Made by a program: the position numbers and the translations under genes. From an uncultured Planctomycetaceae bacterium (GTDB lineage: Bacteria > Planctomycetota > Planctomycetia > Planctomycetales > Planctomycetaceae), in assembly GCA_963815195.1 (NCBI GenBank), contig CAWFGE010000012.1, positions 864,001 to 928,000 of the forward strand: a stretch of 64,000 nucleotides of DNA, written 5' to 3'. Below, in pieces: positions 1 to 12,261 of the stretch; position 1 is the stretch's first letter; each line of letters starts with the position of its first letter. The notes beneath the pieces are model-generated. The model saw nothing but the letters and a program-made list of their open reading frames with translations, did no database searches and was not told the origin of the DNA.

Positions 1-150
1 AAGGCCAGCGACGCCATCGCCATCGCCGTGTCCGAGTCCACCGGCACCGTGCGGATTTTTCAGGACGGCAAAGTCGTGCTTCGCATCGAGCCGATGGACC
101 GCGGCATGAAGTGGACCGAATACGACACCGAACCGCCCAAAGACGACTAA
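1..150 (+). CDS. 3' end of a diadenylate cyclase (DisA_N/DAC domain) protein, partial
   Basis: Frame 1 reads KASDAIAIAVSESTGTVRIFQDGKVVLRIEP...DD*, resembling the DAC-domain C-terminal motif (DAxAIxVSExTG). Confidence 0.7.
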   Translation, partial: KASDAIAIAVSESTGTVRIFQDGKVVLRIEPMDRGMKWTEYDTEPPKDD

Positions 151-400
151 CGTCATGTTGCCGCTCGAGCGATTGCAAGTGAGGTTAGACGTCAGCAGCC
201 AAAGCGAACGCCGTTTCGCAATTCTCTATCCTCTATCCTCCATCCTCCTTCTCGTTGTAGGGGACGATATTTTTCCAACTGCGTGTCGTCAACAGGCGGC
301 TTTTGGCCATTCCAAGGGAAAGAGTTGGTGTTGACCTGATTCGGCCGATGCCGGATACTTGGTAGAGATGGATTTTGTGTTATTTTGTTCTGGTCGTGGC

Positions 401-871
401 ATGATTCGGTATTTGCTTTCAGTGGTGACCCTCCTGGCGACGGGAGCGCACGCGGTGTTGGGGTGCTGTTGGCATCACCAGCACGCCGGCCGGCACGCCA
501 CCTGCGATGCGGTCCAAAGGGCCGCTGAATCCGTGCCTCACAAAGCCGCGGATGCACACGCGGGCTGCTGTCGGCACGCGCACCACACTCCCAAAGCCGA
601 CGGGGTGGCGGAGGACACGTTCCCCTGCGGGCATCAGCAACATCACGATTCCGACTCCTGCGACCAGGGGCACTGCCAATACCTTTCCAATGCCAAGGTG
701 GAATTGCCCGCCCTCGATTGCCAGGCCGCGTTTGATGACCTGATGGCCTGGATTGCCGGGGCGAATCCGCTCGCCGCGAACCTGAACGGTTCCCATGCTC
801 CACCCGTGTCGGCGGCTCTCTATTCCGGGCGTCTGCACGTTCTCGATCTGACGCAGGTGGCGCTGCTCTAA
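401..871 (+). CDS. Small His/Cys-rich exported protein upstream of the metal efflux operon (DUF2946-like leader)
   Basis: Signal-like N-terminus, CCWHHQH/CCRHAHH/CGHQQHH clusters, HAPP near the C-terminus; ATG at 401 chosen. Confidence 0.6.
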   Translation: MIRYLLSVVTLLATGAHAVLGCCWHHQHAGRHATCDAVQRAAESVPHKAADAHAGCCRHAHHTPKADGVAEDTFPCGHQQHHDSDSCDQGHCQYLSNAKVELPALDCQAAFDDLMAWIAGANPLAANLNGSHAPPVSAALYSGRLHVLDLTQVALL

Positions 872-1029
872 CCGTGCGCCCCGCTTTCTTCCGCATCATG
901 CCTCGGCGACGTTGCGCCTCGCCTTGCGCGGCTGCTTTTGACAGCGCGGTTTGATGCGATCCTGCTCCATCGCGGCGGTTTTCGCTGCGCGGTTTTCTTG
1001 GGCTTCCTTTCCTCGCGAAGGACTTGGCT

Positions 1030-2547
1030 ATGAAGGCTCCGATCTCCCGGATTTCGTCCCGGTTATCCCAGGTTCCCCTCAAATGGCTGGGCTGGGCCGG
1101 CTTGGGAATTCTTGCCCTTGTTCTGGTTTTCACGTTTCGTCTTTGGTTCCCCGTCTTGAATGCCGCGGCCGACGGGTTCGCGGGAACTTCGCCCGGCGGC
1201 GAGGCGAAGTCCGCAGCTGCTGATGGCGACCATGCCGCTCACGAGCACGCCGGCCAAGACCATGCGGGGCATCAGGAATCGCAGTCGATCGAGCTGTCCC
1301 GCCAGGCGCGGCAGAACATCGGCCTCGAAACCGGCGAAATCAAACTGCAAAGCCATCGCCGCTACATCAACGTGCCGGCTCTGGTCACGGAGCGGCCCGG
1401 CGAAACGCATCACAAAATCGCCGCCCCCTTAACCGGCGTCGTGACGGCAGTGCACATCGTGGGAGGCGAGACCGTAGAGTCGGGCGCGTTGTTGTTTAAC
1501 CTCAGGTTGACGCACGAAGACCTCGTCAAAGCCCAGACCGAGTTTCTCACGACGTTAGGGCAACTTGACGTGGAGCGCCGCGAACTGGCTCGGCTCAAGC
1601 AGATCACCACCGGAGCCGTCGCCCAGAAGGTCGTGCTTCAGCGGCAGTATGAAGTGGATAAATTGGAAGCCGTCCTCAAAGCCCAGCGAAATTCCCTGTA
1701 CCTGCACGGCCTTTCGGATGAGCAGGTCGAATCGATTGTCCAAGACCGCGATTTGATCCGCGAGATGAAAGTCCGCGTGCCGTTTTTGCACGCCGATGAG
1801 TCGCTCCACGAAGAGAACGAAGCCCAGCGGCCGCCATTGAAGCCCGTCAGCATCGGGGAATTGCCTTCGCCGGAGGAACACGAGCATCATCTGAAATCCA
1901 AGCCGTTCGTCGTCAGCCAGTTGAACGTGCAGACGGGCGAAGCGGTGCAGACCGGGCAGACGCTGTGCGTGCTCACCGATTACAGCGAGCTTTACATCGA
2001 GGGCCGGGCCTTCGAGCAGGATGCGGACGAGATCATCGAAGCCGCCAATGAACACCGCCGCGTCATCGCGTTTCCCGAACAAACGGGCCAAGGCAGTCCC
2101 ACGGGCGTGGAGCAGCTCGAAATCGAGTTCGTCGCGAACCAGGTCGAACGCGAATCGCGGGCGCTCCCTTTCTATGTCAACGTGCCCAACGAGGTCGTGC
2201 GGAAGAGCACACGCGGGAACCACAAGTTCGTCACCTGGCGGTTTAAGCCGGGGCAAAGGATGCAGCTTCGCGTGCCCGTGCAACTGTGGAAGGATGTGAT
2301 CGTGGTCCCCGTCGATGCGGTCGCCCAGGAAGGTCCGGAGACGTTCGTGTTCGTGGAGAACGGCGGCCACTTCGACCGCCAACCTGTGCATATCCAATAC
2401 CGCGACCAATACGACGCGGTGATCGCCAACGACGGCTCGGTGTTCCCCGGCGATACCATCGCGTTGAACGGCGCCCATCAACTGCAAATGGCCATCAAGA
2501 ACAAATCCGGCGGCGCCGTCGATCCGCACGCGGGACATCATCATTAA
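1030..2547 (+). CDS. Heavy-metal RND efflux periplasmic adaptor (CusB/CzcB-like)
   Basis: N-terminal TM, His-rich linker, biotinyl-lipoyl-like APLTGVV..V..GE.V..G, VVPVDAV, C-terminal DPHAGHHH. Confidence 0.88.
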   Translation: MKAPISRISSRLSQVPLKWLGWAGLGILALVLVFTFRLWFPVLNAAADGFAGTSPGGEAKSAAADGDHAAHEHAGQDHAGHQESQSIELSRQARQNIGLETGEIKLQSHRRYINVPALVTERPGETHHKIAAPLTGVVTAVHIVGGETVESGALLFNLRLTHEDLVKAQTEFLTTLGQLDVERRELARLKQITTGAVAQKVVLQRQYEVDKLEAVLKAQRNSLYLHGLSDEQVESIVQDRDLIREMKVRVPFLHADESLHEENEAQRPPLKPVSIGELPSPEEHEHHLKSKPFVVSQLNVQTGEAVQTGQTLCVLTDYSELYIEGRAFEQDADEIIEAANEHRRVIAFPEQTGQGSPTGVEQLEIEFVANQVERESRALPFYVNVPNEVVRKSTRGNHKFVTWRFKPGQRMQLRVPVQLWKDVIVVPVDAVAQEGPETFVFVENGGHFDRQPVHIQYRDQYDAVIANDGSVFPGDTIALNGAHQLQMAIKNKSGGAVDPHAGHHH

Positions 2548-2624
2548 AGCGGAGAGCCAAGAGCGGAGAGCCGGATAAGATGGACGACGCTTTTTTCCAC
2601 ACCACTTCCATTGGAGACTTAAGC

Positions 2625-2987
2625 ATGTTTCGCTTCGAAAAGTTCGAGGTTTGGCAGAAGGCAACTCCAATTCCAAATAACGGAAAAAGGACCGAAGGTC
2701 CGGCTCTATGTCAGCCCAGGACGCAGTCCTGGGGACGGGGAACGAACAAAATGCAAAAGCCCCAACGGGGCGGTCCTAAACCGGAGAGATGCGCAGGTGG
2801 TTGCGCCCTGGGTGCCCCATAGGGCCGCCCCGTGGGGGCTTGCGTTTGATTCGTCATTCGTAACCCAGGCCGACGCTGCGCTTGGCCTGGGCTGACATAG
2901 AGCCGGGCCTTCGGCCCTGAATGATCTGTCCAAGCCGAGGAGCTCGCCCGGATGCTCAGCGGCTTGAAAACTCGCTTATTGAAATAG
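2625..2987 (+). pseudogene. Four-helix-bundle (23S rRNA IVP-like) gene with its centre replaced by a palindromic repeat
   Basis: RBS GGAGA + MFRFEKFEVWQKA (2625-2663) and QAEELARMLSGLKTRLLK* (2931-2987) resemble the family termini; in-frame stop at 2820. Confidence 0.7.
2689..2916. repeat. Nested palindromic REP doublet (family B)
   Basis: Outer IR GGACCGAAGGTCCGGCTCTATGTCAGCCCAGG / CCTGGGCTGACATAGAGCCGGGCCTTCGGCC plus inner IR GCCCCAACGGGGCGGTCCTA / TAGGGCCGCCCCGTGGGGGC; left arm recurs near 36487. Confidence 0.85.
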
Positions 2988-3046
2988 CCGGCAGAAATCG
3001 TCTTCCGGCTCTCCGCTCTTCGCTCTCCTAGCTCTAAGCTTTTACC

Positions 3047-6000
3047 ATGCTCAACGCCATCATTCGCTTTGGACTCCGGCAGCGGTTGCTCATTATCGCC
3101 TTGGCCCTGTTTTTGTTGGGCTATGGGGGTTGGCAGGCGCTGCATATGGAGATCGATGTCTTCCCGAACCTCAATCGGCCGCGCGTCGTGGTGATGACCG
3201 AAGCCCCCGGCATGGCTCCGGAAGAAGTCGAAACTCTGATCACGTTCCCCCTCGAAACCGCCCTCAACGGAGCCAACGGCGTGCAAGCCGTGCGCAGTTC
3301 CTCCGGCGTGGGCATCTCGGTGATCTATGTCGAGTTCGATTGGGGCACCGACATTTATACCGACCGGCAGATCGTGGCCGAACGGATGGCCCTCGCCGAG
3401 GAACGCATGCCGCCTAACGTCAAACCCACGTTGGCCCCGATCTCGTCCATCATGGGCCAGATCGTGATGCTCGCCATGTGGAGCGACACCGGCGAAACCG
3501 AACCGCTCGAACTGCGAACGCTCGGCGATTGGGTCGTTCGGCAGCGACTGTTAACCATCCCCGGCGTCTCGCAGGTGTTCACGATGGGCGGCGGCCGCAA
3601 GCAATTTAAGGTCCTGGTCGATCCCGATAAACTCCTCACGTACGGCGTGACGCTCCATGACGTCAAACAGGCGGTCTCCAAAAGCAACCGCAACACCACC
3701 GGCGGCTACCTGGACGAGCAAGGCCCCAATGAATTACTCGTGCGAGCCTTAGGCCGGGTGCAAACGACTCGGGATCTGGAAAAGCTCGTGATCACAATCC
3801 GCAACGAACGCCCGGTTGCGCTCAAGCAAGTCGCGACCATTGTGGAAGGCCCGCAGACCAAGCGGGGCGACAGCGCAGCCTTCGTGCGGGAAAAAGGCGG
3901 CGACTTTTCTGGCGGCCCGGCGGTCGTGTTGACCGTCAACAAACAGCCGGGCGCCGACACCCGGCAGGTCACCGAAGCCATCAACGCCGCCGTCGCGGAT
4001 TTGAAAACTTCGCTGCCCAAAGATGTGCGGATCGAAACCACCTATTCGCAGCGAGCGTTTATCGACCGGGCGATTGATAACGTGATCGAAGCCCTGGCCG
4101 ACGGCGGCGTGTTGGTGGTCGTGCTCTTGTTTATCTTTCTGATGAACTTCCGCACGACGTTTATCACGCTGACCGCGATTCCGCTGTCGCTCGTGATCAC
4201 GGCGATGATCTTCGCCGGCTTCGGGTTGTCGATCAACACGATGACCCTGGGCGGCCTGGCGGTGGCCATCGGCGAACTGGTGGACGATGCCATCGTCGAT
4301 GTCGAAAACATCTTCCGCCGGCTCAGAGAGAACCGGCACAAGCCCGAAGCCGAGCGGAAAAACCCGCTGCTTAGTCGTATTCCAGGCGAGCGTGGAGATC
4401 CGCAACTCGATCGTGTTCGGCACGATGATCGTCGTGTTGGTGTTCGTGCCGCTGTTCGCCCTCCAGGGCATGGAAGGCCGATTGTTCGTGCCCTTGGGCA
4501 TGGCGTATATGGTGTCGCTCTTGGCGTCGCTGGTCGTGTCGCTGACGGTGACGCCCGTGCTGTCCTATCTGCTCTTGGCCCAAAAACGGCTGTGGTGGTT
4601 CGTGGCCCCGATGATGGCGGCCGGGCTTTCGGGTTCAATCTTTTATTGGGTGCTCCCCCGGTTGTCGGACATGGTCAACGTGCCCGCGATGTTCTCGGAG
4701 AACCGGTTGACGTGGACGCTGCTGCAGAGCCCGGTGATCTGGCTGGTCATCATGGGCAGCGACCGCTTGAGCCACGGCGAAGAGGAGGGGCTCGTGCTCC
4801 GCGTGCTCAAATATCTCGCGGGCGGTGTGATCCGCCTGAGCACCCGGCTCTCCGTTCCGATTCTCCTGTTGGCGGGCGCGGGCGTGTTGTTCGCCGGGCT
4901 GGTGCTTTCGCGGTCGGAGAACGACTTTCTTCCCCCATTCAACGAAGGCACGGTGCAATTGAACGTCGTCCTGCCGCCGGGCACGTCGCTCGAAACCTCC
5001 AACGAAATCGCGGGCACGGTCGAACGCCGGTTGATGGAGATCAAAGCCATCGACCGCATCGCCCGCCGCACGGGCCGGGCCGAGCTGGATGAGCATGCCG
5101 AGGGCGTCAACGTCAGCGAGTTCATCATCGACCTCGATCCCGAAAGCGATCAGTCCCGCGAAGAGGTGCTCGAAGAAATCCGCGATGCGATGAAGGAGAT
5201 CCCCGGCATCGTCACCACCGCCGAGCAGCCCATCGCGCACCTGATCTCGCACATGATCTCCGGCGTGAAAGCCCAGATCGGCATCAAACTCTACGGTGAT
5301 GATCTGGACGTGCTCCGCTCGAAAGCCAATCAAATGAAAGCCGCGATGGCGGATGTGGAAGGCGTGACGGATTTGATGGTCGAGCCGCAGGTCGTCATCC
5401 CGCAGCTTCGCGTGGAAGTGGATCGCGACAAACTATTGACCTACGGCCTGACGCCCGATGATGTGAGCGAATACGTCGAGACGGCGATGAACGGCGACGT
5501 GGTGTCCGAAGTCCTGTTGGGGCAGCGGACGTTCGATCTGCTCGTGAAGTTCGATGAGCCGTTCCGCGAAAACCTGCACGCGCTCAGGCGGTTGTCGATC
5601 GAACTGCCGGGCGGCGGCACGGCTCCGCTGTCGGCGGTCGCGAAGATTTACGAATCCGGCGGGCCAAACACGATCAACCGCGAGCAAGTCAAACGGCGGA
5701 TTGTGATCCAAGCCAACGTCGCCGACCGCGGCCTCGTCGATGTGGTCGAGGACATCCAAAAACGCCTCAAACAAGTCGAACTCCCGCCCGGTTATTTCTT
5801 GGAATACAGCGGCCAGTTCGAGAGCCAGCAGTCGGCGTCGCGGATGCTCGCCGTGCTGTTCGGGATTTCGCTCTTGGGCGTGTTTCTTGTGCTCTATACG
5901 ATGTTCCGCTCGGTCAACTTCTCGCTGCAGGTGATGGCGGCTTTGCCGATGGCGTTTATCGGTTCCGTGGCGGCATTGGTCCTCACGCATCAAACGCTGA

Positions 6001-6410
6001 CGGTGGCGGCGATGGTCGGGTTTATTTCGCTGGGCGGGATCGCCAGCCGGAATGGGATTCTGCTTCTCAATCACTATCTGCATCTGGTGCGCTACGAAGG
6101 CGAAGGCTGGACGCGGGACATGATGGTCCGAGCCGGCCAGGAACGTCTCGCCCCGGTGCTGATGACCGCCCTCACCTCGGGCATCGGCCTGTTGCCTTTG
6201 GCGATGGCCGCCGGCGAAGCCGGGAAGGAAGTGCTCTATCCCGTGGCGACCGTGGTGATCGGCGGCTTGATCAGCAGCACGCTGTTGGAGTTCTTCGTCC
6301 GCCCGGCTTTGTTCTGGGCCGTCGGCCGCGGCGCGGGCGACCGCCTGATCCGCGAAACCCAAGGCGAAGTCGCCTTGGTCGAAGAAGCTTTCGATACGGA
6401 ACCCCATTGA
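3047..6410 (+). CDS. Heavy-metal RND efflux permease (CusA/CzcA family), frameshift near 4370
   Basis: ORFs 3047.. and 4287..6410 join; motifs IDVFPNL, GELVDDAIVDVEN, ERLAPVLMTAL. Confidence 0.92.
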
Positions 6411-6458
6411 CCCTGTCGCACGGATGTGTGACGAACTTATTTGAAAGGAAGACCCAAA

Positions 6459-6974
6459 ATGACATTTCGCAATCTGTTTTCGCTGCTCCCGCTCGCTGGG
6501 GTTTTGATGTTCGTCGGCTGCGGCAAACTGCCGGATGAAAAAACCGACAAGGCGGCGGACGCCGACCATCACGCTAAAGACGCCCATCCTGAGGAAGGTC
6601 CGCACCACGGGATGCTGATCGAACTCGGCAACGAGGAGTACCACGCCGAGCTTGTGCACGATGAAGAAGCCGGTCGCGTGACGGTTTATCTGCTGGACTC
6701 GGCGGCGAAAAAGCCCGTCCCAATCGACGCCCAAGACATGGCGATCAACGTCTCGCACGAAGGCAAGCCGGAACAGTTCCAACTCGCCGCCCAACCGGAA
6801 CAAGGCGATCCCGAAGGAAAATCCTCGCGGTTCGTTTCCAAGGATCCGGAGTTGATCAAACACCTGGACGAAGAAAACACCAAAGCCCGGCTCGCGGTCA
6901 AAATCGACGGCAAATCCTTTAACGGCGAGTTCAGCCATGAACACGACCACGATCATGGGGCACACGCCGACTGA
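6459..6974 (+). CDS. His-rich lipoprotein associated with the metal efflux operon
   Basis: RBS GAAAGGAAG, lipobox FVGC, GPHHG..ELG...YHAE motif, His-rich tail. Confidence 0.75.
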   Translation: MTFRNLFSLLPLAGVLMFVGCGKLPDEKTDKAADADHHAKDAHPEEGPHHGMLIELGNEEYHAELVHDEEAGRVTVYLLDSAAKKPVPIDAQDMAINVSHEGKPEQFQLAAQPEQGDPEGKSSRFVSKDPELIKHLDEENTKARLAVKIDGKSFNGEFSHEHDHDHGAHAD

Positions 6975-7090
6975 GAGGATTTTCGGTCGCGGCCATCCTG
7001 ATGCCCTTGTTCCCGATACGCGCTTTGCGGTTCAATGGGGATAGGGGCAAACGGCCCGAATGGAAATCCTATAATCCAAGAACGCCCAAC

Positions 7091-7984
7091 ATGCCGACGC
7101 TTAATATCTCCACCGAAATCGCCATCCGCCTGGGATGTTTTCTGGGCGTCCTCGCCCTCATGGCAATTTGGCAATTCTTCACCCCTCGGCGGAAATTGAC
7201 GGCCGGCAAGCCTTGGCGATGGACGAGCAATCTCCTCTTGGTCGCGATCAACACCGGCGTCGTGCGGGTGGCGATTCCCATCACCGCCGTCGCCGCCGCG
7301 CTCGCGGCCGAGTCTCGCGGCTGGGGACTCTTCCATCTGGTGGACTGGCCGGTGTGGTTGGAAATCCTGCTCGCTGTGCTGGTGTTTGACCTGGCGATTT
7401 ATTTGCAGCACGTCATGTTCCACGCGGTGCCCTTGTTCTGGCGGTTTCACATGGTGCACCATGCCGACTTGGATATTGATGTCACCACAGGTCTCAGGTT
7501 TCACACGCTGGAGATTCTGCTCTCGGCCCTGATCAAACTCGGCGTCGTTCTTGTGGTCGGCCCAGCCGCGGTTGCGGTGGTCGCTTTCGAGGTGCTGCTG
7601 AATGCGACAAGCATGTTCAATCACAGCAACGTCCTCCTGCCGCTGTGGTGCGATCGCGTCTTGCGGTTGCTCCTCGTCACCCCCGACATGCACCGCGTGC
7701 ATCATTCCGTGATCGTCCGCGAGACGAATAGCAACTTCGGCTTCAACCTGCCGTGGTGGGATTACCTCTTGGGCACGTACCGCGCTCAACCGGAGGCCGG
7801 TCACGAAGAGATGGCCATCGGCCTCACGCAGTTTCGCGACGAACACCAGGTCGAACGCCTGCCGGGAATGCTACTTTTGCCGTTTACCGGACGCCCCGGC
7901 GGTTATCCCCTCAACCGCCAAGACCGCACGCCGCCTGCGGATGATCCGGCTCCAAAAAATCCGCCGGGGGTGGCACGACCCTGA
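7091..7984 (+). CDS. Sterol desaturase / fatty acid hydroxylase family protein
   Basis: His boxes HVMFH, FHMVHH, FNHSN, HRVHHS; NSNFG..LPWWD. Confidence 0.9.
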   Translation: MPTLNISTEIAIRLGCFLGVLALMAIWQFFTPRRKLTAGKPWRWTSNLLLVAINTGVVRVAIPITAVAAALAAESRGWGLFHLVDWPVWLEILLAVLVFDLAIYLQHVMFHAVPLFWRFHMVHHADLDIDVTTGLRFHTLEILLSALIKLGVVLVVGPAAVAVVAFEVLLNATSMFNHSNVLLPLWCDRVLRLLLVTPDMHRVHHSVIVRETNSNFGFNLPWWDYLLGTYRAQPEAGHEEMAIGLTQFRDEHQVERLPGMLLLPFTGRPGGYPLNRQDRTPPADDPAPKNPPGVARP

Positions 7985-8058
7985 GCAACGCGAAGGGCGT
8001 GGTCTTTGCGATCACCACGCCCTTCGCGCTGCTCAGGGCGTGCCACCCGTGCCACCCC
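7968..8058. repeat. REP doublet hairpin overlapping the desaturase stop codon
   Basis: GGGTGGCACGACCCTGAGCAACGCGAAGGGCGTGGT / ACCACGCCCTTCGCGCTGCTCAGGGCGTGCCACCC with a duplicated GTGCCACCC end. Confidence 0.8.
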
Positions 8059-8159
8059 ATCTGCTTCCTACACTCTACATCTGCTTGAAATGGCGGAATC
8101 GATGTGCTACCGTCGCGGACGGTCCTGAAAACTCCTCCCTGCTCTCAAGGTGAACTCCT

Positions 8160-9330
<1,171 letters not shown>

Positions 9331-9331
9331 A

Positions 9332-9374
9332 AGGCGAGCAGACCAACCTGCGGTCGGTGCCCGCGTCAGCCCCC
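9332..9374 (+). repeat. Intergenic REP (family C, AGGCGAGC..ACCAACCTGCGGTCGGTGCCC..AGCCCC)
   Basis: Near-identical to 61681-61723 and to two copies inside uvrA. Confidence 0.8.
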
Positions 9375-9395
9375 TGGTTTCGTAGAACTCTTACC

Positions 9396-9425
9396 CTCGT
9401 TCCCAAGCCGGAGCTTGGGAACGAG
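9396..9425. repeat. Palindrome CTCGTTCCCAAGC-CGGA-GCTTGGGAACGAG
   Basis: Perfect 13-bp stem between convergent genes. Confidence 0.65.
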
Positions 9426-9445
9426 GCATCGCAGAGTCCAGGAAG

Positions 9446-10287
9446 TTATGGGCTCTGATGGAAATGCTCCAAGGCTTGCTGCAGGGATTCAAAATAATCG
9501 ATTACTTGGTCCATTCGAGAAATCTTTAAAAGCTCGGAGACCGCCGGCGAGACCCCCGCAAGGACAATTTGCGCGTTTTGGCGAATTGCCCGCCTGGAGC
9601 AACCGAAGATTGCACAAAGGAGGAACTCGATACGAATTCGACGTTTTCCAAATTGATGATGATCCTTCGGCAACCTTGGTCCAGTAATCGATCCGCTTGG
9701 GGTCGCAGCATACTCCAATTCTCTTCAATCGCCGTTTGGCGGCTGAGCGTCAGCACGGCGACGTTCTTGTCGAAGTGGAGTTGCAATCCACCGCCAAGCG
9801 TGGAACTCAATTCGGGCCACCATTTTTGGAATACCTTTTCCAAATGTGACTTCTCCAACGGGGTTGTGATGACTTCATTGAGCCGTTCCACCAACCGCCA
9901 CGTGCCTTCCTTGTCGGCATTGACTCCCTGAAACTGCGATATGGGAAGCGCAACTTGGTTCGGCTCCACGCCGACCAAGTACGGAATCAAAGCTCCCTGC
10001 TTCACGGACATTGCCAGGGCACCGGCTTCATAAAGCAACCAGCGAGCGTCCAAGTTTTCTTCGGTGAAGCACAACACGCCAAAGTCGGCTTTCTGCAATT
10101 GTTGATAGAGTTCGCTGGCCCAAGGGCTTCCCGCATGAATGTCGTGTTCGGAAACCCACACTTCAATCGTTTGAAAAACGAAGGGCAGCCAATTCTTAAG
10201 CGCCGTTGCCACGGTCTTGCTGCGATCCCCTGACCAACTGAGAAAAACGAACGTTTTGGTTCCGGATGGAGACCGAGATTTACTCAT
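9446..10287 (-). CDS. TIR-domain protein fused to a C-terminal STAS (anti-anti-sigma) domain, frameshift near 9620
   Basis: VFLSWSG..S...A..L..WL, W.S..DI..G..W, WLLYEAGAL (TIR); then IIINLENVEFVSSS joined to IVLAGVSPAVSELLKISRMDQVI (STAS) in ORF 9446..9718. Confidence 0.75.
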
Positions 10288-10386
10288 GGGATCAGTTCCG
10301 AAGGTTTTCCTAAGATGCGTCGGGAAGCTCGCAGCGCATGACCATAGGTCGCGTCGAATCGCATCCGACATGTTACGTTGATTGAC

Positions 10387-11937
10387 CTACTCCCGCGCGT
10401 TCTTTTGCGCATCCATTGTTCGGGGAAGTCGGCTGGGTTCGAGCCGGTTTTTAATCTGAGGTTCGCGCCCATGCTGCGTTTGTGGCTGAAGGGGACGCGG
10501 TTGGCGTTCGCTTCTTCCAGGATCTTGTGGAGGTCCGCGCGCATTTGGCGGATGCGTTGTTGCTCTTTGGGATCGAAGATCAGGTTGTGCTCTTCGTTGG
10601 GATCGGTTTCGAGGTCGTAGAGTTCATCGAGATCCCAGATGCCGTGGTATTGGATGAACTTGTACCTCGGCGTTCTAAGGGCGAACGTGGTCGGCGTCTG
10701 CGGGAAGTTGTATTCCCAGTAATACTCGTACAAGATGTTCTGCCGCCAGTCGGACGGTTTGATCTTGCCGGCGGCTAATTGCAAAAAGCTTCGGCCGTCC
10801 ATTGGCTGGGGAGTCTTAAGACCCGCGGCTTCGAGAATCGTGGGGGCGATGTCGATGTTGGCCACGACTTCTTCCACTTTGGTGCCCGGCTTCCAGAGTT
10901 TGGGACACACGCCCAACAAGGGCACTCGCATCGAGGCTTCGTAAGCGGTCCGCTTGTCGATCAACCCGTGCTCGCCCCATTGAAAGCCGTTGTCGCCCAT
11001 GTACATGACGAGCGTATTCTCCGCGAGGCCGTTGTCCTTGAGCCATTTCCGCACGCGAGCGATGGATTCATCGACGCTCAAAAGCGCTTCGCAGTAGAGC
11101 CGATAGTGCTCGGCGATGTCGGTGTCTTGATGGTAAGCGAAATCGACGCCATGCCAACTGTTCCGCTGGTTCTTGAGCCACATCGGTTTGTCTTTGTAGT
11201 TCTCGAGCGTGTCGGCCATCGTTTTGGGTTGGGGCAGCGGCTTGTCCTTATACCGGCCCGCGTGGCGCTCGGCGGGATGAAACATGCCGTGCACGCCTTT
11301 ATGCGAAAGATACATAAAGAACGGCTTGCCGCTGTTTTTCACCGAACCGTCAAGCCAATGAATTGCATAGTCGGTGAGTTCATCGGTAATGTAACCTTTT
11401 TGCGGGACGGTTTTGCCATCGACGTTGAGCGTCCATTGTCGGCCGTCTTCGTTGGGGTAATAATGGCCTTGGCCGCGGAAGGAGACCCAGCGATCGAAGC
11501 CGGGCCGCGGGCGCGTCGCTGCTGCCGCCCATGTGCCACTTGCCGAAGAACGCCGTCTGATAGCCCGTCTTTTGGAGATACTGCGGGAAGAAAATCGTGC
11601 CCGGCGGCGTGGGGACGTTGTTATCGACGACGCCGTGATTGTGCATGTACTGCCCGGTCAAAACCGAAGCCCGGCTGGGCGAGCACAAGGACGTGGTGAC
11701 GATCGCGTTCTCGAAGTACACCCCGTCTTTGGCCATCTGATCCATGGCGGGCGTTTCCACCCAGGGATGACCGAGAAAGCTCATCACATCGTAGCGGTGG
11801 TCGTCGCAGAGGATAAAAACCGCATTCATCGGCTTCCTGTCGGAAATTCTTGCAAGCTCCAAATCCGGTTCCGCCGCGCGAGCGTTCCAGGGCCACACGG
11901 CGAGTCCGGCGAACAATGTCAGCATCAGGTGTTTCAT
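10387..11937 (-). CDS. Sulfatase (formylglycine-dependent), about three frameshifts
   Basis: FILCDDHR, CSPSRASVLTG, GKWHM, GDNG..GEHG..DKR, YEASMRVPL; the end at 10387 assumes a homopolymer slip. Confidence 0.85.
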
Positions 11938-12208
11938 GGATTTCCTCGTTGTCAGTTCAAGCGGATTGGGTGTTACCGGTGCCACGCGTGTTCTCTGCGG
12001 TCGCCACCGAAAGTCGCCCTTCGCTCCGCGAAGGTGGCGGATTGGTTATTCGATGAGGTATGGAATCCGAACCTCGACTGAGAACCATCTCCCATTTCGC
12101 GCGGCCTTCGCGGAGCGCGACTGTCCGGGCTTCTGGGACAGACTCTGAGTATAACGGGTTCGCCGGAGGAATCAGCCGTCGGCGAAATCGCCTGCCGGGG
12201 ATCCCAAT

Positions 12209-12254
12209 AAAAAACGCCCCGGTGATCTCGTGGACCAGCGGGGCGGTGGGTTTT
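12209..12254 (-). terminator. Probable intrinsic terminator of the cytochrome c gene
   Basis: CGCCCC...GGGGCG stem followed by a T-run on the minus strand. Confidence 0.5.
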
Positions 12255-12261
12255 GATGGAG

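Larger units (their letters stand above)
2551..3028. mobile_element. Inverted-repeat-bounded insert between the RND adaptor and permease genes, carrying a four-helix-bundle remnant
   Basis: 25-bp IR with 1 mismatch: GGAGAGCCAAGAGCGGAGAGCCGGA (2551-2575) and TCCGGCTCTCCGCTCTTCGCTCTCC (3004-3028), built of 7-nt units. Confidence 0.6.
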
